Of a stretch of DNA of 64,000 nucleotides, positions 9,801-18,895 are shown piece after piece. The stretch comes from Paracoccaceae bacterium (GTDB lineage Bacteria > Pseudomonadota > Alphaproteobacteria > Rhodobacterales > Rhodobacteraceae): assembly GCA_965220985.1 (NCBI GenBank), contig OZ244854.1, positions 3,823,115-3,887,114 on the forward strand, given 5' to 3'. The notes below the pieces were generated by a model, which did not search any database, was not told where the DNA came from, and saw nothing but the letters and a program-made list of their open reading frames with translations. How positions within the stretch are numbered: position 1 is the stretch's first letter; the number at the start of each line of letters is the position of its first letter. Both the position numbers and the translations under genes were made by a program.

Positions 9801-9894
9801 TGTCATACTCCTCAGACACACATCGGGACGCACTGCTAAGCAGGAATCGATTCGCGTGCATGTTCTCGCGAGATTCCCTACCTGAATCCCGTGG

Positions 9895-10788
9895 TCAGGC
9901 AAACGCGCTCTTGGCGCCGCCTGACTTCTGCAGTTGGAAAATCGAACTCACATCTTTCGCTGGAGGAAAAGGCAGCCGGACCGGCACCTGGGTCATCCGA
10001 GGCTCAAGGACCGGTTCCCCAATGATCATCCTTTCCAGGAGATCCTCCCATTGCTCTTGCTGCGGCAGGCGGTGCAAATAAGAGGATCCGCCCATCAGCG
10101 GCCATGCATCAGCCGCGCAGCATTCATAAAACAGCAACAGCCTTGCGCGATCCGACAGATTCGGCGCTGATCCATGCAACGCGCGCACATGATGGACCGA
10201 CATGCTGCCAGCCTTGCCGGTGATCGTGACCGCCTTTTCCTGCTCGAATTCTGGATCACAAGGGTCCACAGCGCCACAGAATATTCCGTCTGAACTGTTG
10301 TGGCTCAGTATCGGCCCCTTGTGGGAGCCTGGAATGACCTGGAGCGGGCCGTTTTCCGCCGAGATGTCCTCAAGAAAGACGCCAAATGCCAACATGTCGT
10401 CGTTCGTGTGAGGATAGAAGGCCCAGTCCTGATGCCATTCGACTGCGGCCCCGCCGCCAGGTGCCTTCACGTTCAACTTCGAAGTCTGCAGGACAGCGCT
10501 CGGGCCGACCAGCTGCCTCAGGACTTCGGTGATCCGCGAGTTTTTCAGGACTTCCCAGAAAAAGGGATGCTGCTTGTGAGGCAACTTGATCCTCGTCAGC
10601 TTGGGCATCTCAGACGAATGTCCCTCATCAAGGTCGTAGACTTCATCGCTGACCGAAACACTGCGAGACCGCTCGATGAAATCGAGGGTGATTCCTCGCA
10701 TTTGACCGAGTTGGTCCGGCGTGACGGCGTCTTCGACTAGCAAGTAGCCATTCTCGAAGTAGAATTCGATCTGATCACTTGTGAGCAT
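9895..10788 (-). CDS. phytanoyl-CoA dioxygenase (PhyH) family Fe(II)/2-oxoglutarate oxygenase
   Basis: Contains WHQDWAFYPHTNDD and VHHVRALHGSAPNLSDRAR. A GAAGGAAG RBS is present. Confidence 0.8.
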   Translation of the reverse strand: MLTSDQIEFYFENGYLLVEDAVTPDQLGQMRGITLDFIERSRSVSVSDEVYDLDEGHSSEMPKLTRIKLPHKQHPFFWEVLKNSRITEVLRQLVGPSAVLQTSKLNVKAPGGGAAVEWHQDWAFYPHTNDDMLAFGVFLEDISAENGPLQVIPGSHKGPILSHNSSDGIFCGAVDPCDPEFEQEKAVTITGKAGSMSVHHVRALHGSAPNLSDRARLLLFYECCAADAWPLMGGSSYLHRLPQQEQWEDLLERMIIGEPVLEPRMTQVPVRLPFPPAKDVSSIFQLQKSGGAKSAFA

Positions 10789-11087
10789 TGTGCTTCCTTC
10801 TCGAACTCAAGCGGAGTTTGGCAAAGATACAACTATCGAATTGGAAACGGTACTTGTTCCGTCAGACTTTGGTATCAGGTCGTAAGGGTTCCAAGTCACG
10901 TCCCTCTCGACATCGGCAGCATCGAACGGATTCATGATCAAGCAACAATTATCGGCATTGCGCCGCATCAGGAAAATCCTTGGTCGATTACGCCTTGGTC
11001 CATCCCGATCGCGGTTTCACAAATGTTGTAGTGGTGCGCGCACCCTCAACAACTCTTTTGCCGACAGTACGGCTCGCGCCAGCAGGG

Positions 11088-11723
11088 TCAGGTCGTTGCC
11101 GTCTCGTGGTCGTTGCCCCAATGAATTGCAGTGCGGTCGCCGTCCTCGATCCACGCCACAACGGCGAGCATGGGTTCGTTGCCCGTGCGCATTTCGTGCA
11201 TGCGCCAGCTGTCATGAAATATCAGGTCCCCGGCCTCGACCTTGAACCAGTCTCCATTGTCCAGCCGCCATTCGGTGCCAGGCGTCAGCAGCATGTAGAC
11301 TTCGCGCGCCACATGGTTGTGCGAAGGGTAAAGCAGGTTCGGAGCCATCAAGAACAAGCCGGTTCGCGGCGCGGCCCAGGTCAATGCGGTATCCGGCCCG
11401 GACAGGCCTGCATAGGCGTAGCCATCCAGAAACTCTCGCGAGCAATTGGTTTCGTCGTAGCCCGCGTTCTGGGTCCAGGTGAAATCGGCGGCAGTGTCGG
11501 CAATGACCTGGGCCAGCCCAGCCAGCTTGTGTTTCATCGCCAGGTCCAGAGCCGATTGCAAATGCTGCAGCACCGGAAAACCGTCAGCGAAACGAGCCTC
11601 GTTCGTGCGAAGTTCGGTTTCGATGATGTCCGGCATCGGAACATGGACGCCGGCAGTGATGTCTCGGGTCGTTTCGATCTCTTGCCAGATGCGCCTGACC
11701 AGCGGTTCCATGTCCACTGTCAT
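11088..11723 (-). CDS. cupin protein of the DMSP-lyase (DddL-like) family
   Basis: Cupin motifs read LLYPSHNHVAREVYMLLTPG...W and GDLIFHDSWRMHEMRTGNEPMLAVVAW. Start taken at the ATG at 11723 (MTVDMEPL) with an AGGGGA RBS. Confidence 0.55.
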   Translation of the reverse strand: MTVDMEPLVRRIWQEIETTRDITAGVHVPMPDIIETELRTNEARFADGFPVLQHLQSALDLAMKHKLAGLAQVIADTAADFTWTQNAGYDETNCSREFLDGYAYAGLSGPDTALTWAAPRTGLFLMAPNLLYPSHNHVAREVYMLLTPGTEWRLDNGDWFKVEAGDLIFHDSWRMHEMRTGNEPMLAVVAWIEDGDRTAIHWGNDHETATT

Positions 11724-11972
11724 CTCGTTCCCCTGCCTTGATCCTTGGACGTCATGTTCGGATTCTCGACCCTGCCTGCGTTCGACACGGACAGAATTAC
11801 CCGACAACGAGCAATTCACCAAGATCGGTGCGCAAAAGCGTGCTTTGACAGTGCGAAACGGGCCGTGAGCGGATTGGGTGTTTGCAGGTACGCGATGGTC
11901 TCGACGCGATGGAATTGGTCAGCCCGCGCCAGAAAACGGTTGAAGCCTCAACTCTTGTCTGTCAGACGTATC

Positions 11973-12449
11973 ATGCAGAGAAGGGAAGAGAGCTGGGAAA
12001 CAAATGCGGCGGCTGCGATCCATGAGGTCACCCTCGACCAGAGAATCAGCTTTCGTTTGCAGCGTGGCGGAACCCGTTTGACCACCCGGGCCGTGAATAT
12101 CCGCAGGTGGGCCATCGTATTGACCCTCAAGCAACGGCGATTGTTGAAAACTCTCAGCAAATGGGACGGCGCGTCCGTTCACGAGTTGAATTCGCTTGGC
12201 TACGTTGACAAGGCGACAATGAGCCGAGATGCGGCGGAACTCCTAAGACAGGGACTTCTCGTCGCCGAGACAAGCAAGAACGATCCGCGCATTATTGTCC
12301 TGCGCGTGACCCGAGAGGGTCACAAGGTCCTGGAATCCGTTGATCCGTTGGTGAACAAGAGGCAGAACGAATCGATCAACGCACTGACCGAGTCCGAGCG
12401 TCAGGCCCTGCTTCGAGCGCTGGACAAGCTGGAAACCGTGACTTGCTAG
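11973..12449 (+). CDS. MarR-family transcriptional regulator
   Basis: 158 aa from the ATG at 11973, with a winged-helix region ASVHELNSLGYVDKATMSRDAAELLRQGLLV. It is divergent from the cupin gene. Confidence 0.7.
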   Translation: MQRREESWETNAAAAIHEVTLDQRISFRLQRGGTRLTTRAVNIRRWAIVLTLKQRRLLKTLSKWDGASVHELNSLGYVDKATMSRDAAELLRQGLLVAETSKNDPRIIVLRVTREGHKVLESVDPLVNKRQNESINALTESERQALLRALDKLETVTC

Positions 12450-12474
12450 TCCAAGCTCGGTTCACCATGACAAA

Positions 12475-12976
12475 TTAGCGAGAGTATCCCGACCAAGCCG
12501 CTGCATTGTCGTGATGATCAGTTCGAGGACGTCCTGGGCGCAGACGGGTTGGTGATCGCACTCTACTCTCTTGCAGAATGCAGGCCGTGGCTTCGATCTC
12601 GATCAGTGCGAGGTCTTCGACGAGGTCATTGACGACCAGCGTCAACATGGCCGGAAAGCACTTGCCGAATACCCGGCGATCGGCTTGGCCAACTTCGCTT
12701 TGATGTGCGACGACTTCGGTCTTGTATTTCACGAACGAGGTGAGACGTCCGATGTCCGTGAGATCTCCGCACGCCGCACGGACAATCATGGCTGCGTTGG
12801 TCAACGCATGAGCCATTTGCGCAGGGAGTGAAGGCGCCTTCCAAGAACATCTTGTCCTTGTTCCAGCCAATCTGACCGCCGACATTCAACGTCCCGTCGG
12901 CCATCAGCATGCCATTGGCATGGCCAAGCGCGAGTGCCCAGCCTTCGGGGCAAATGGTCCTGGGGTAAATCGTCAG
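12475..12976 (-). pseudogene. RidA/YjgF-family protein interrupted by a frameshift
   Basis: The N-terminal half (LTIYPRTICPEGWALALGHANGMLMADGTLNVGGQIGWNKDKMFLEGAF) is in the frame of ORF 12626..13036. The C-terminal half (LPAQMAHALTNAAMIVRAACGDLTDIGRLTSFV...LIEIEATA) is in the frame of ORF 12475..12885. The frames switch near 12821-12835. Confidence 0.55.
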
Positions 12977-13374
12977 GCCTCCATGAGTGCCTTGATCCTG
13001 GCATGCACAGGCGCAGGCCAGGGAGCGGGGCGACATTCGCCATTGACGAGCACGAGGGTTTGGTCGGCTTCGAAACAGAGCTCTTCGTGCCGCATTGCTC
13101 GGGTGGTCAGGGACAGGCTGGTCCTGCCGAGGCGCGTCAAGGTCAAGCGCAACTCAAGATGATCGCCATGTCGGCAGGGCCTCTTGAAGCGCACGTCGAA
13201 TGCTGCGGTCGGCACGCCAGCTTCCGGAAGCATGTCTTCGAAAGGCCAGTACAGCACATCGCTGAACATTGCCTCGACCGCATCATTGATCATCTCGAAG
13301 AAGCGCGGATAAAACACGATTCCTGCTGGATCGCAGTGCTTGAACAACACCTTTTGCGTGTACGTGAAGTGCAT
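12973..13374 (-). CDS. acyl-CoA thioesterase (4HBT / YbgC-like hotdog fold)
   Basis: MHFTYTQKVLFKHCDPAGIVFYPRFFEMINDAVEAMF; 133 aa. Confidence 0.75.
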   Translation of the reverse strand: MHFTYTQKVLFKHCDPAGIVFYPRFFEMINDAVEAMFSDVLYWPFEDMLPEAGVPTAAFDVRFKRPCRHGDHLELRLTLTRLGRTSLSLTTRAMRHEELCFEADQTLVLVNGECRPAPWPAPVHARIKALMEA

Positions 13375-13375
13375 T

Positions 13376-13618
13376 CTACCGGGTGAAGACTGTGTAGGTT
13401 TGAATCGTGTGCGTTCGCTCGATTCCTTCGATGTTCAACAAATTGTCGTTGATGTACCTGCCGATGTCCTCGCCCTCAGGCACGTACAGCTTGAGCAGGA
13501 GATCGAACTCGCCGCTCACCGAATAGAGTTCGGAATGGATTTCTCTCAATCCGATCTCGTCGGCCACCTGGTATGCCGTTCCCGGTCGACACTGGATCTG
13601 GACAAACAGTGTTGTCAT
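13376..13618 (-). CDS. stand-alone Lrp/AsnC ligand-binding (RAM) domain protein
   Basis: 80 aa, with SVSGEFDLLLKLYVPEGEDIGRYINDNL and no HTH. A strong GAGGAGA RBS is present. Confidence 0.7.
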   Translation of the reverse strand: MTTLFVQIQCRPGTAYQVADEIGLREIHSELYSVSGEFDLLLKLYVPEGEDIGRYINDNLLNIEGIERTHTIQTYTVFTR

Positions 13619-13634
13619 GAGAATTCTCCTCGTT

Positions 13635-14822
13635 TCAGGTTACGCGAGACCTGGTCTGGTACTTCGGATCTCGCCACAGTTCGTTGCGAATGACGTCTTC
13701 GATGATCTCGGCAGCGGCTTTGACATCATCCTGTTCAATGTAGAGCGGCGTGAAGCCGAATCGCATGACGTTGGGTGCGCGAAAGTCGCCGATCACCCCC
13801 CTTTCGATCAAGGCCTGCATGGCAGCATAGCCATGTTCGAAAGCGAAAGAGACCTGGGACCCGCGCTGTTTGCCGTCGCGCGGAGAGGCCAGCGTCAGCT
13901 GCGGGCAGCGGGCTTCCACCTGCACGATGAAGGTCTCGCACAACGCGACAGAGGCGCGGCGGATGTCGATCATGTCGATGCCGTCCCAGGCATCGAGCGC
14001 GGCATCGAGGATCGCCAGTTGCACGATCGGCGGTGTGCCCACGCGAAAGCGTTCGGTGGACATTGCCGGTCGGTAGCCAAGCTCCATGGCAAAGGGAGCA
14101 TCATGCCCCAACCACCCAGCCAGGGCCGGCTCGACGGTTTCAACAATGTCGGGACGGGCATAGATGAACGCTGGCGCTCCCGGGCCGCCGTTCAGGTACT
14201 TGTAGGTGCAGCCCACGGCAAATTCGGCGTTTGAACCGGTCATGTCTATCGGCACGGCCCCTGCACTGTGAGCGAGATCCCAGATCATCACCGCACCCGC
14301 CGCATGGGCCCTTGCCGTGATTTCCGCCATGTCATGCATCCGGCCGGTCCGGTAATCAACATGCGTCAGCATCACCACGGCCACCTCCCCGGTGATCGCA
14401 TCAGCCACGTCATCGGGCGCAGGCGTGCGAAGCTCATGACCTTTGTCCAAGGTGCCGATCAGCCCCTGTGCCATGTAGAGATCGGTGGGAAAGTTGCCGT
14501 TGTCCGACAGGATCACCCGGCGACCAGGGCGCATCTTCAACGCGGCGGCCAGTGCCTGATAGACCTTTATCGACAAGGTATCGCCGGTGGCCACTGATCC
14601 TTCAGGCGCCCCGATCAGGGGTGCAATGCGGTCGCCGACCCGCGCTGGAAGCGAAATCCAGTCAGCGGTGTTCCAAGCCCTGATGAGTTCTTCGCCCCAT
14701 TGCTGCGTGATCACCTCGCCCGCACGAGCAGCGGCACCCTTGGGTAGAGGCCCAAGCGAATTGCCGTCAAGGTAGATCACGCCCTCGGGCAGATCGAAAA
14801 GTTCCTTGCGCGGCAAGGTCAT
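13635..14822 (-). CDS. kynU: kynureninase
   Basis: Contains VIYLDGNSLGPLP and a class-V-like PLP fold. 395 aa. Confidence 0.85.
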   Translation of the reverse strand: MTLPRKELFDLPEGVIYLDGNSLGPLPKGAAARAGEVITQQWGEELIRAWNTADWISLPARVGDRIAPLIGAPEGSVATGDTLSIKVYQALAAALKMRPGRRVILSDNGNFPTDLYMAQGLIGTLDKGHELRTPAPDDVADAITGEVAVVMLTHVDYRTGRMHDMAEITARAHAAGAVMIWDLAHSAGAVPIDMTGSNAEFAVGCTYKYLNGGPGAPAFIYARPDIVETVEPALAGWLGHDAPFAMELGYRPAMSTERFRVGTPPIVQLAILDAALDAWDGIDMIDIRRASVALCETFIVQVEARCPQLTLASPRDGKQRGSQVSFAFEHGYAAMQALIERGVIGDFRAPNVMRFGFTPLYIEQDDVKAAAEIIEDVIRNELWRDPKYQTRSRVT

Positions 14823-15280
14823 GGCTCGCCTCTCAAGTACCAGCCTTCGGAGAACTGCTTGACCTCGCGCACGTGACGGAGATTGGGCACGTCTGCGATC
14901 CCGCCCACGTCGCGCTCGAAACCGATGACCCGATCATGCTTGAATTTCACCGGACCCAACCCCAAGCCGCAGAATTCCGAAACCCGTAATGGCAGATAGA
15001 TCGGTGCAGGGGCACCGTCGTCGCAAAACGGCAGCAGCGCGTGCCGACGAGTTTTTGTCGCCGCAGCGGGCGAAACAATGTGTCCCGACGTCTCCTGTCG
15101 CTCGAGGGAACAGGCGCATCCGGCGATGCGTTCGTCTCCGCAAACATCCATCGAGCGATTGGCGCGACGCAACTGTCGAACGAGGCCGTGACAGATATTG
15201 CACGCACCACGAGCAATTCGATCCTTGACACCGTATAGGTCGTGCTTCAGCGTCGGCTTGATGGCGAATGGAATGGTCAT
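14819..15280 (-). CDS. Cys-rich hypothetical protein translationally coupled to kynU
   Basis: ATGA overlap with the kynU start and high GC3. Contains CNICHG and CGDERIAGCAC motifs. I recognise no family. Confidence 0.45.
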   Translation of the reverse strand: MTIPFAIKPTLKHDLYGVKDRIARGACNICHGLVRQLRRANRSMDVCGDERIAGCACSLERQETSGHIVSPAAATKTRRHALLPFCDDGAPAPIYLPLRVSEFCGLGLGPVKFKHDRVIGFERDVGGIADVPNLRHVREVKQFSEGWYLRGEP

Positions 15281-15436
15281 GAGGCATGTCTACCATGCCT
15301 CAGAAATCAAGTTCAGCGGCTTTTTTGACCAACGGGCAGGCCTTGGCGGCTGATTGCGATCAGTGCCATCTTGCCGTGATCGTTGGGCTTGGAGCCACCG
15401 ACGATCCCTTGTGTCAAACCCTCGCAGGAGACTGAA

Positions 15437-17422
15437 ATGGTTGTCAGCATTGCGCGCGACGGGAACGTCGCAATCGTGACGATCGACAATCCACCCGTGA
15501 ACGCCATCAGCCTTGCCGTACGCCAAGGCCTTTGGGATGCGGTCGAGCAGACCGAGGCGGACGCCACTGTCGCAGCCGTCGCACTGATCTGCGCCGGGCG
15601 CACCTTCATCGCTGGCGCCGATATCAAGGAGTTCGGCCAGCCTCCGGTCACACCGCATTTGCCTGACGTGCTTGCGCGAATCGAGCGAGCATCGAAACCC
15701 TGGGTGGCAGCGATCCACGGCACAGCCCTGGGCGGTGGGCTGGAAACAGCCATGGCCTGCCATCACCGGGTCGTGGACCACAAGGCCAGGCTCGGGCTGC
15801 CTGAGGTGACACTCGGCGTGATCCCTGGCGCAGGTGGGACGGTGAGATTGCCACGACTTGTCGCCGCCGAGATGGCGCTGCAGATGATCGCCGGCGGCAA
15901 GCCGATTTCGGCGCAAGATGCTCTTGAATCGGGACTTGCGGATGCAGTGTCCAAAGTCGATCTGCTGGCGGATGCCGTCGCCTTTGCCCGCAAAGCCCCT
16001 CCACCGGTGCCCTTGCTCGACAGACCAGTCAAGAATGCGATCGAGAGTGAACGCTTTGACACGGTAGCAACCCGAATTCTGGCGAAAGCCCGCGGCCAGA
16101 ACGCGCCCAAGGCGGCAATTCAAGCCCTGCGGAACGCGTATGCCATGTCTGCCGAGGATGCCCTTGCTGCGGAACGCGACACTTTTCTGACCTTGCGAGA
16201 CGATCCGCAGTCTGCAGCCCTGCGCCACATCTTCTTTGCAGAACGCGCTGCGGCCAAGACCCCTCGAATCAAGGGGGTGGCGCCGAAAGATCTGTCGCGA
16301 ATCGGAGTTGTCGGAGGCGGCACCATGGGGGCGGGCATCGCTGCGGCCTGTCTGCTGTCGGGATACCGCGTCAACATGATCGAACGCGACGCGGAGGCTG
16401 CATCGAACGGCAGCGCCCGTGTCGAGACAATCCTGAACGGCAGTGCGGCACGCGGCCTGATCTCGGCGGAAAAACGCGGTGCGCTTCTTGCCTCCTTCAC
16501 TGCGAGCGCCAGCCATGACGACCTGAAGGATACGGATCTGATCATCGAAGCCGTGTTCGAAGACATGAGCGTCAAGAAAGAGGTCTTTGCCTCGATCGAT
16601 GCGGTCGCCAAGCCCGAGGCCATCCTTGCGACAAACACCTCCTACCTCGATGTGGGTGAGATCGCGGCCAGCACGTCAAACCCGAACCGCGTCATCGGCC
16701 TGCATTTCTTCTCGCCCGCACACATCATGAAACTCCTGGAAATCGTGGTGCCCGAGACGACAGATGATGCGACCCTGTCCACCTCTGTGGCGTTTGCCAA
16801 AAGGCTGAGGAAGATCCCGGTGCTCGCCGGTGTCTGCGACGGCTTCATCGCCAACCGGATCATGTCCGCCTATCGGCGCGAAGCGGAATACATGATCGAA
16901 GACGGTGCGATGCCCTGGGACGTGGACGCTGCCATGACGGATTTCGGCCTGCCGATGGGCATCTTCCAGATGGGCGATCTTGCCGGTCTGGATATCGCCT
17001 GGGCCATGCGCAAACGGCAGGCCGCGACGCGCGACCCCGCGCAACGCTACGTCGATATCGGGGACAAGCTGTGCGAGATGGGCCGATACGGGCGCAAGAC
17101 CGGGCGCGGGTACTATCATTACGACGACGCCGGCAAAGGTGCGCCCGATCCTGAGGTCGAGGCGTTGATTCTTGCGGAATCGGCACGCAAGGGGATCACG
17201 CGGCGCCCGATGGACGCGCAGACCATTATGGGGCGCATCCTTGGGGCAATGCAGTCGGAAGGACAAAAAATCCTCGATGAAAGGATTGCCAGGTCCGCGA
17301 ACGACATCGATGTGGTCATGGTGAATGCCTTCGGATTCCCGCGCTGGTTGGGCGGGCCGATGCATTTGCAAGGCTTGGACTCGCCTTTGACCTCAATAAC
17401 TGAAGACGGCAAGAAGATGTGA
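15437..17422 (+). CDS. fused enoyl-CoA hydratase / 3-hydroxyacyl-CoA dehydrogenase (FadB/FadJ-like)
   Basis: The crotonase region reads AAIHGTALGGGLETAMAC and the NAD site reads GVVGGGTMGAGIA. The ATG at 15437 has an AGGAG RBS. Confidence 0.85.
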   Translation: MVVSIARDGNVAIVTIDNPPVNAISLAVRQGLWDAVEQTEADATVAAVALICAGRTFIAGADIKEFGQPPVTPHLPDVLARIERASKPWVAAIHGTALGGGLETAMACHHRVVDHKARLGLPEVTLGVIPGAGGTVRLPRLVAAEMALQMIAGGKPISAQDALESGLADAVSKVDLLADAVAFARKAPPPVPLLDRPVKNAIESERFDTVATRILAKARGQNAPKAAIQALRNAYAMSAEDALAAERDTFLTLRDDPQSAALRHIFFAERAAAKTPRIKGVAPKDLSRIGVVGGGTMGAGIAAACLLSGYRVNMIERDAEAASNGSARVETILNGSAARGLISAEKRGALLASFTASASHDDLKDTDLIIEAVFEDMSVKKEVFASIDAVAKPEAILATNTSYLDVGEIAASTSNPNRVIGLHFFSPAHIMKLLEIVVPETTDDATLSTSVAFAKRLRKIPVLAGVCDGFIANRIMSAYRREAEYMIEDGAMPWDVDAAMTDFGLPMGIFQMGDLAGLDIAWAMRKRQAATRDPAQRYVDIGDKLCEMGRYGRKTGRGYYHYDDAGKGAPDPEVEALILAESARKGITRRPMDAQTIMGRILGAMQSEGQKILDERIARSANDIDVVMVNAFGFPRWLGGPMHLQGLDSPLTSITEDGKKM

Positions 17423-17836
17423 TTGTTGGAGAAACTGTCCGAACGCAGCAACTCGGCACTCTGAATCATTGTTGAGATTCTTGTTCGCGAGCAAGACTGA
17501 ACAGCCCGGATCGCCGCGGAACGGGATGCCGAAATAGGGCGCTCTCCTTCAGCACCAGAGGACCTGTTCAGAACTTCGGCCCGATGACTTCCCACGCCTC
17601 GTTCAACTGAGTCGAGTCAAGAACGTCCCGTCCAACGGGCCAGACTGCCGGACCCGCAGCAGCGGTTCGGCGAGGCTGGTGGCTTCGGTGGGATCGGGTC
17701 TGCTTTTTTCCGAATCCGTCAACGATGATCTGGAAACTGTCGCCTTCGAACAACGGTGGCTGCTGCGACGTTGCAACCTACTGTCAGTTGATTGATTCAT
17801 GACATTTCAATAACTTGTCCGTGCTGGAGGGACTGC

Positions 17837-18700
17837 GTGCAGAAGAAATTCGGGATATCCGCCGCACTGCTGACGCCATTCAAGGATGGCCATGCGGTCG
17901 ACTCCAACGCTCTGATTTCACATGCTCGGCGCATGCTCCGGCACGGGGTCACAAGCGTGACGCCGTTTGGAACGACGGGCGAAGGAGCCTCGATCGGGGC
18001 GGACGAAAAGCAGAGTTGCCTCAATGAGCTCGTCTCTGCCGGGATTCCGCCGCAACGGATCGTGCTCGGGATTTTCGCCTCGGCCGCAGAAGACGCTGTC
18101 GCGCAGATCGCCTGCGCCCGAGCGTTGGGCGTCGATACGTTTCTCGTGTCGCCGCCTTTCTTCTTCAAGGACTGCTCCGATGCCGGGCTGTTCGACTGGC
18201 ACATGCAGGTGATCTCGCGGTGCGATCCTGAAACACAATTCGTCTTGTACAACGTTCCGCAAGTCACTGGGGTGCCCCTGTCGGTCGATCTTGTCGCTCG
18301 ACTGGCCGCAGCGCAGCCCGGACGAATCCGCGCGATCAAGGACAGTTCGGGGGACTGGACGAATACAAAGGCGCTGTTGGAGAACGGATCGGTGCCGGTG
18401 CTGGTCGGCGACGAGCGGCAGTTGCACAAGGCGGCGGCCCATGGCGCCGCGGGATCAATCTGCGGATTTTCAAACCTATATCCGTCGCGAATGGTCAAGC
18501 TGTTTGAGACCGCGACCGAGGATACAGAGTTGTCAGAAGAGGTGGCACGCGTCGTCTCCGAACCGGTGGTCCCGGCACTGAAATTCCTGATGGCCGCGCA
18601 GTCGGGCAATCCGACCTGGGAGCGCGTGCGCCCACCCCTCACGCAACTCTCTGCTGCGGCGAAAGACAGGCTGCAGGCAGCGCAAGGGCGCTCGGCGTGA
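17837..18700 (+). CDS. dihydrodipicolinate synthase / N-acetylneuraminate lyase family aldolase
   Basis: Contains TPFGTTGEG and the Schiff-base lysine context IKDSSGD. A GTG at 17837 follows GGAGGGA. Confidence 0.7.
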   Translation: MQKKFGISAALLTPFKDGHAVDSNALISHARRMLRHGVTSVTPFGTTGEGASIGADEKQSCLNELVSAGIPPQRIVLGIFASAAEDAVAQIACARALGVDTFLVSPPFFFKDCSDAGLFDWHMQVISRCDPETQFVLYNVPQVTGVPLSVDLVARLAAAQPGRIRAIKDSSGDWTNTKALLENGSVPVLVGDERQLHKAAAHGAAGSICGFSNLYPSRMVKLFETATEDTELSEEVARVVSEPVVPALKFLMAAQSGNPTWERVRPPLTQLSAAAKDRLQAAQGRSA

Positions 18701-18895
18701 GATGTCAGCCAGCCTTGCTATGCGAGACCGCATCGACAGAGTGAAGCGGTGCACTGTGGAGATGCACCGGGTGTCTTGGTTCCACGAGCACGTGCAGACG
18801 CAGAATGTCTGTGACGCAGGCGGTCGAGCAATTGCTGAAGGTGTTGCACTTCGCGGTTGAACGGACGAAAGTCACACGGGCGGAGGACCTTGTTC

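Noticed and set aside
10835-10852. Imperfect palindrome GGAAACGGTACTTGTTCC upstream of the PhyH gene, resembling the TTGGAA half-site of the IclR motif.
   Set aside because: The spacing differs (10 nt rather than 5) and the symmetry is imperfect. It is not the same motif.
11031-11042. GGTGCGCGCACC palindrome downstream of the cupin gene, as a possible terminator.
   Set aside because: It is only 12 nt with no room for a loop and no U-tract. It is unlikely to form a functional terminator hairpin.
15290-16516. Long antisense ORFs opposite confirmed genes: 15290..16516, 24325..25584, 26442..28361, 28473..29687, 31704..32984, 54158..55555, 59754..60794, 51109..52326, 52227..52985 and 33671..34609.
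   Set aside because: Their products are Arg/Gly/Pro-rich and low in complexity, with no recognisable motifs. They lie fully within strong motif-bearing genes on the other strand. This is the usual stop-poor antisense artefact of high-GC DNA.
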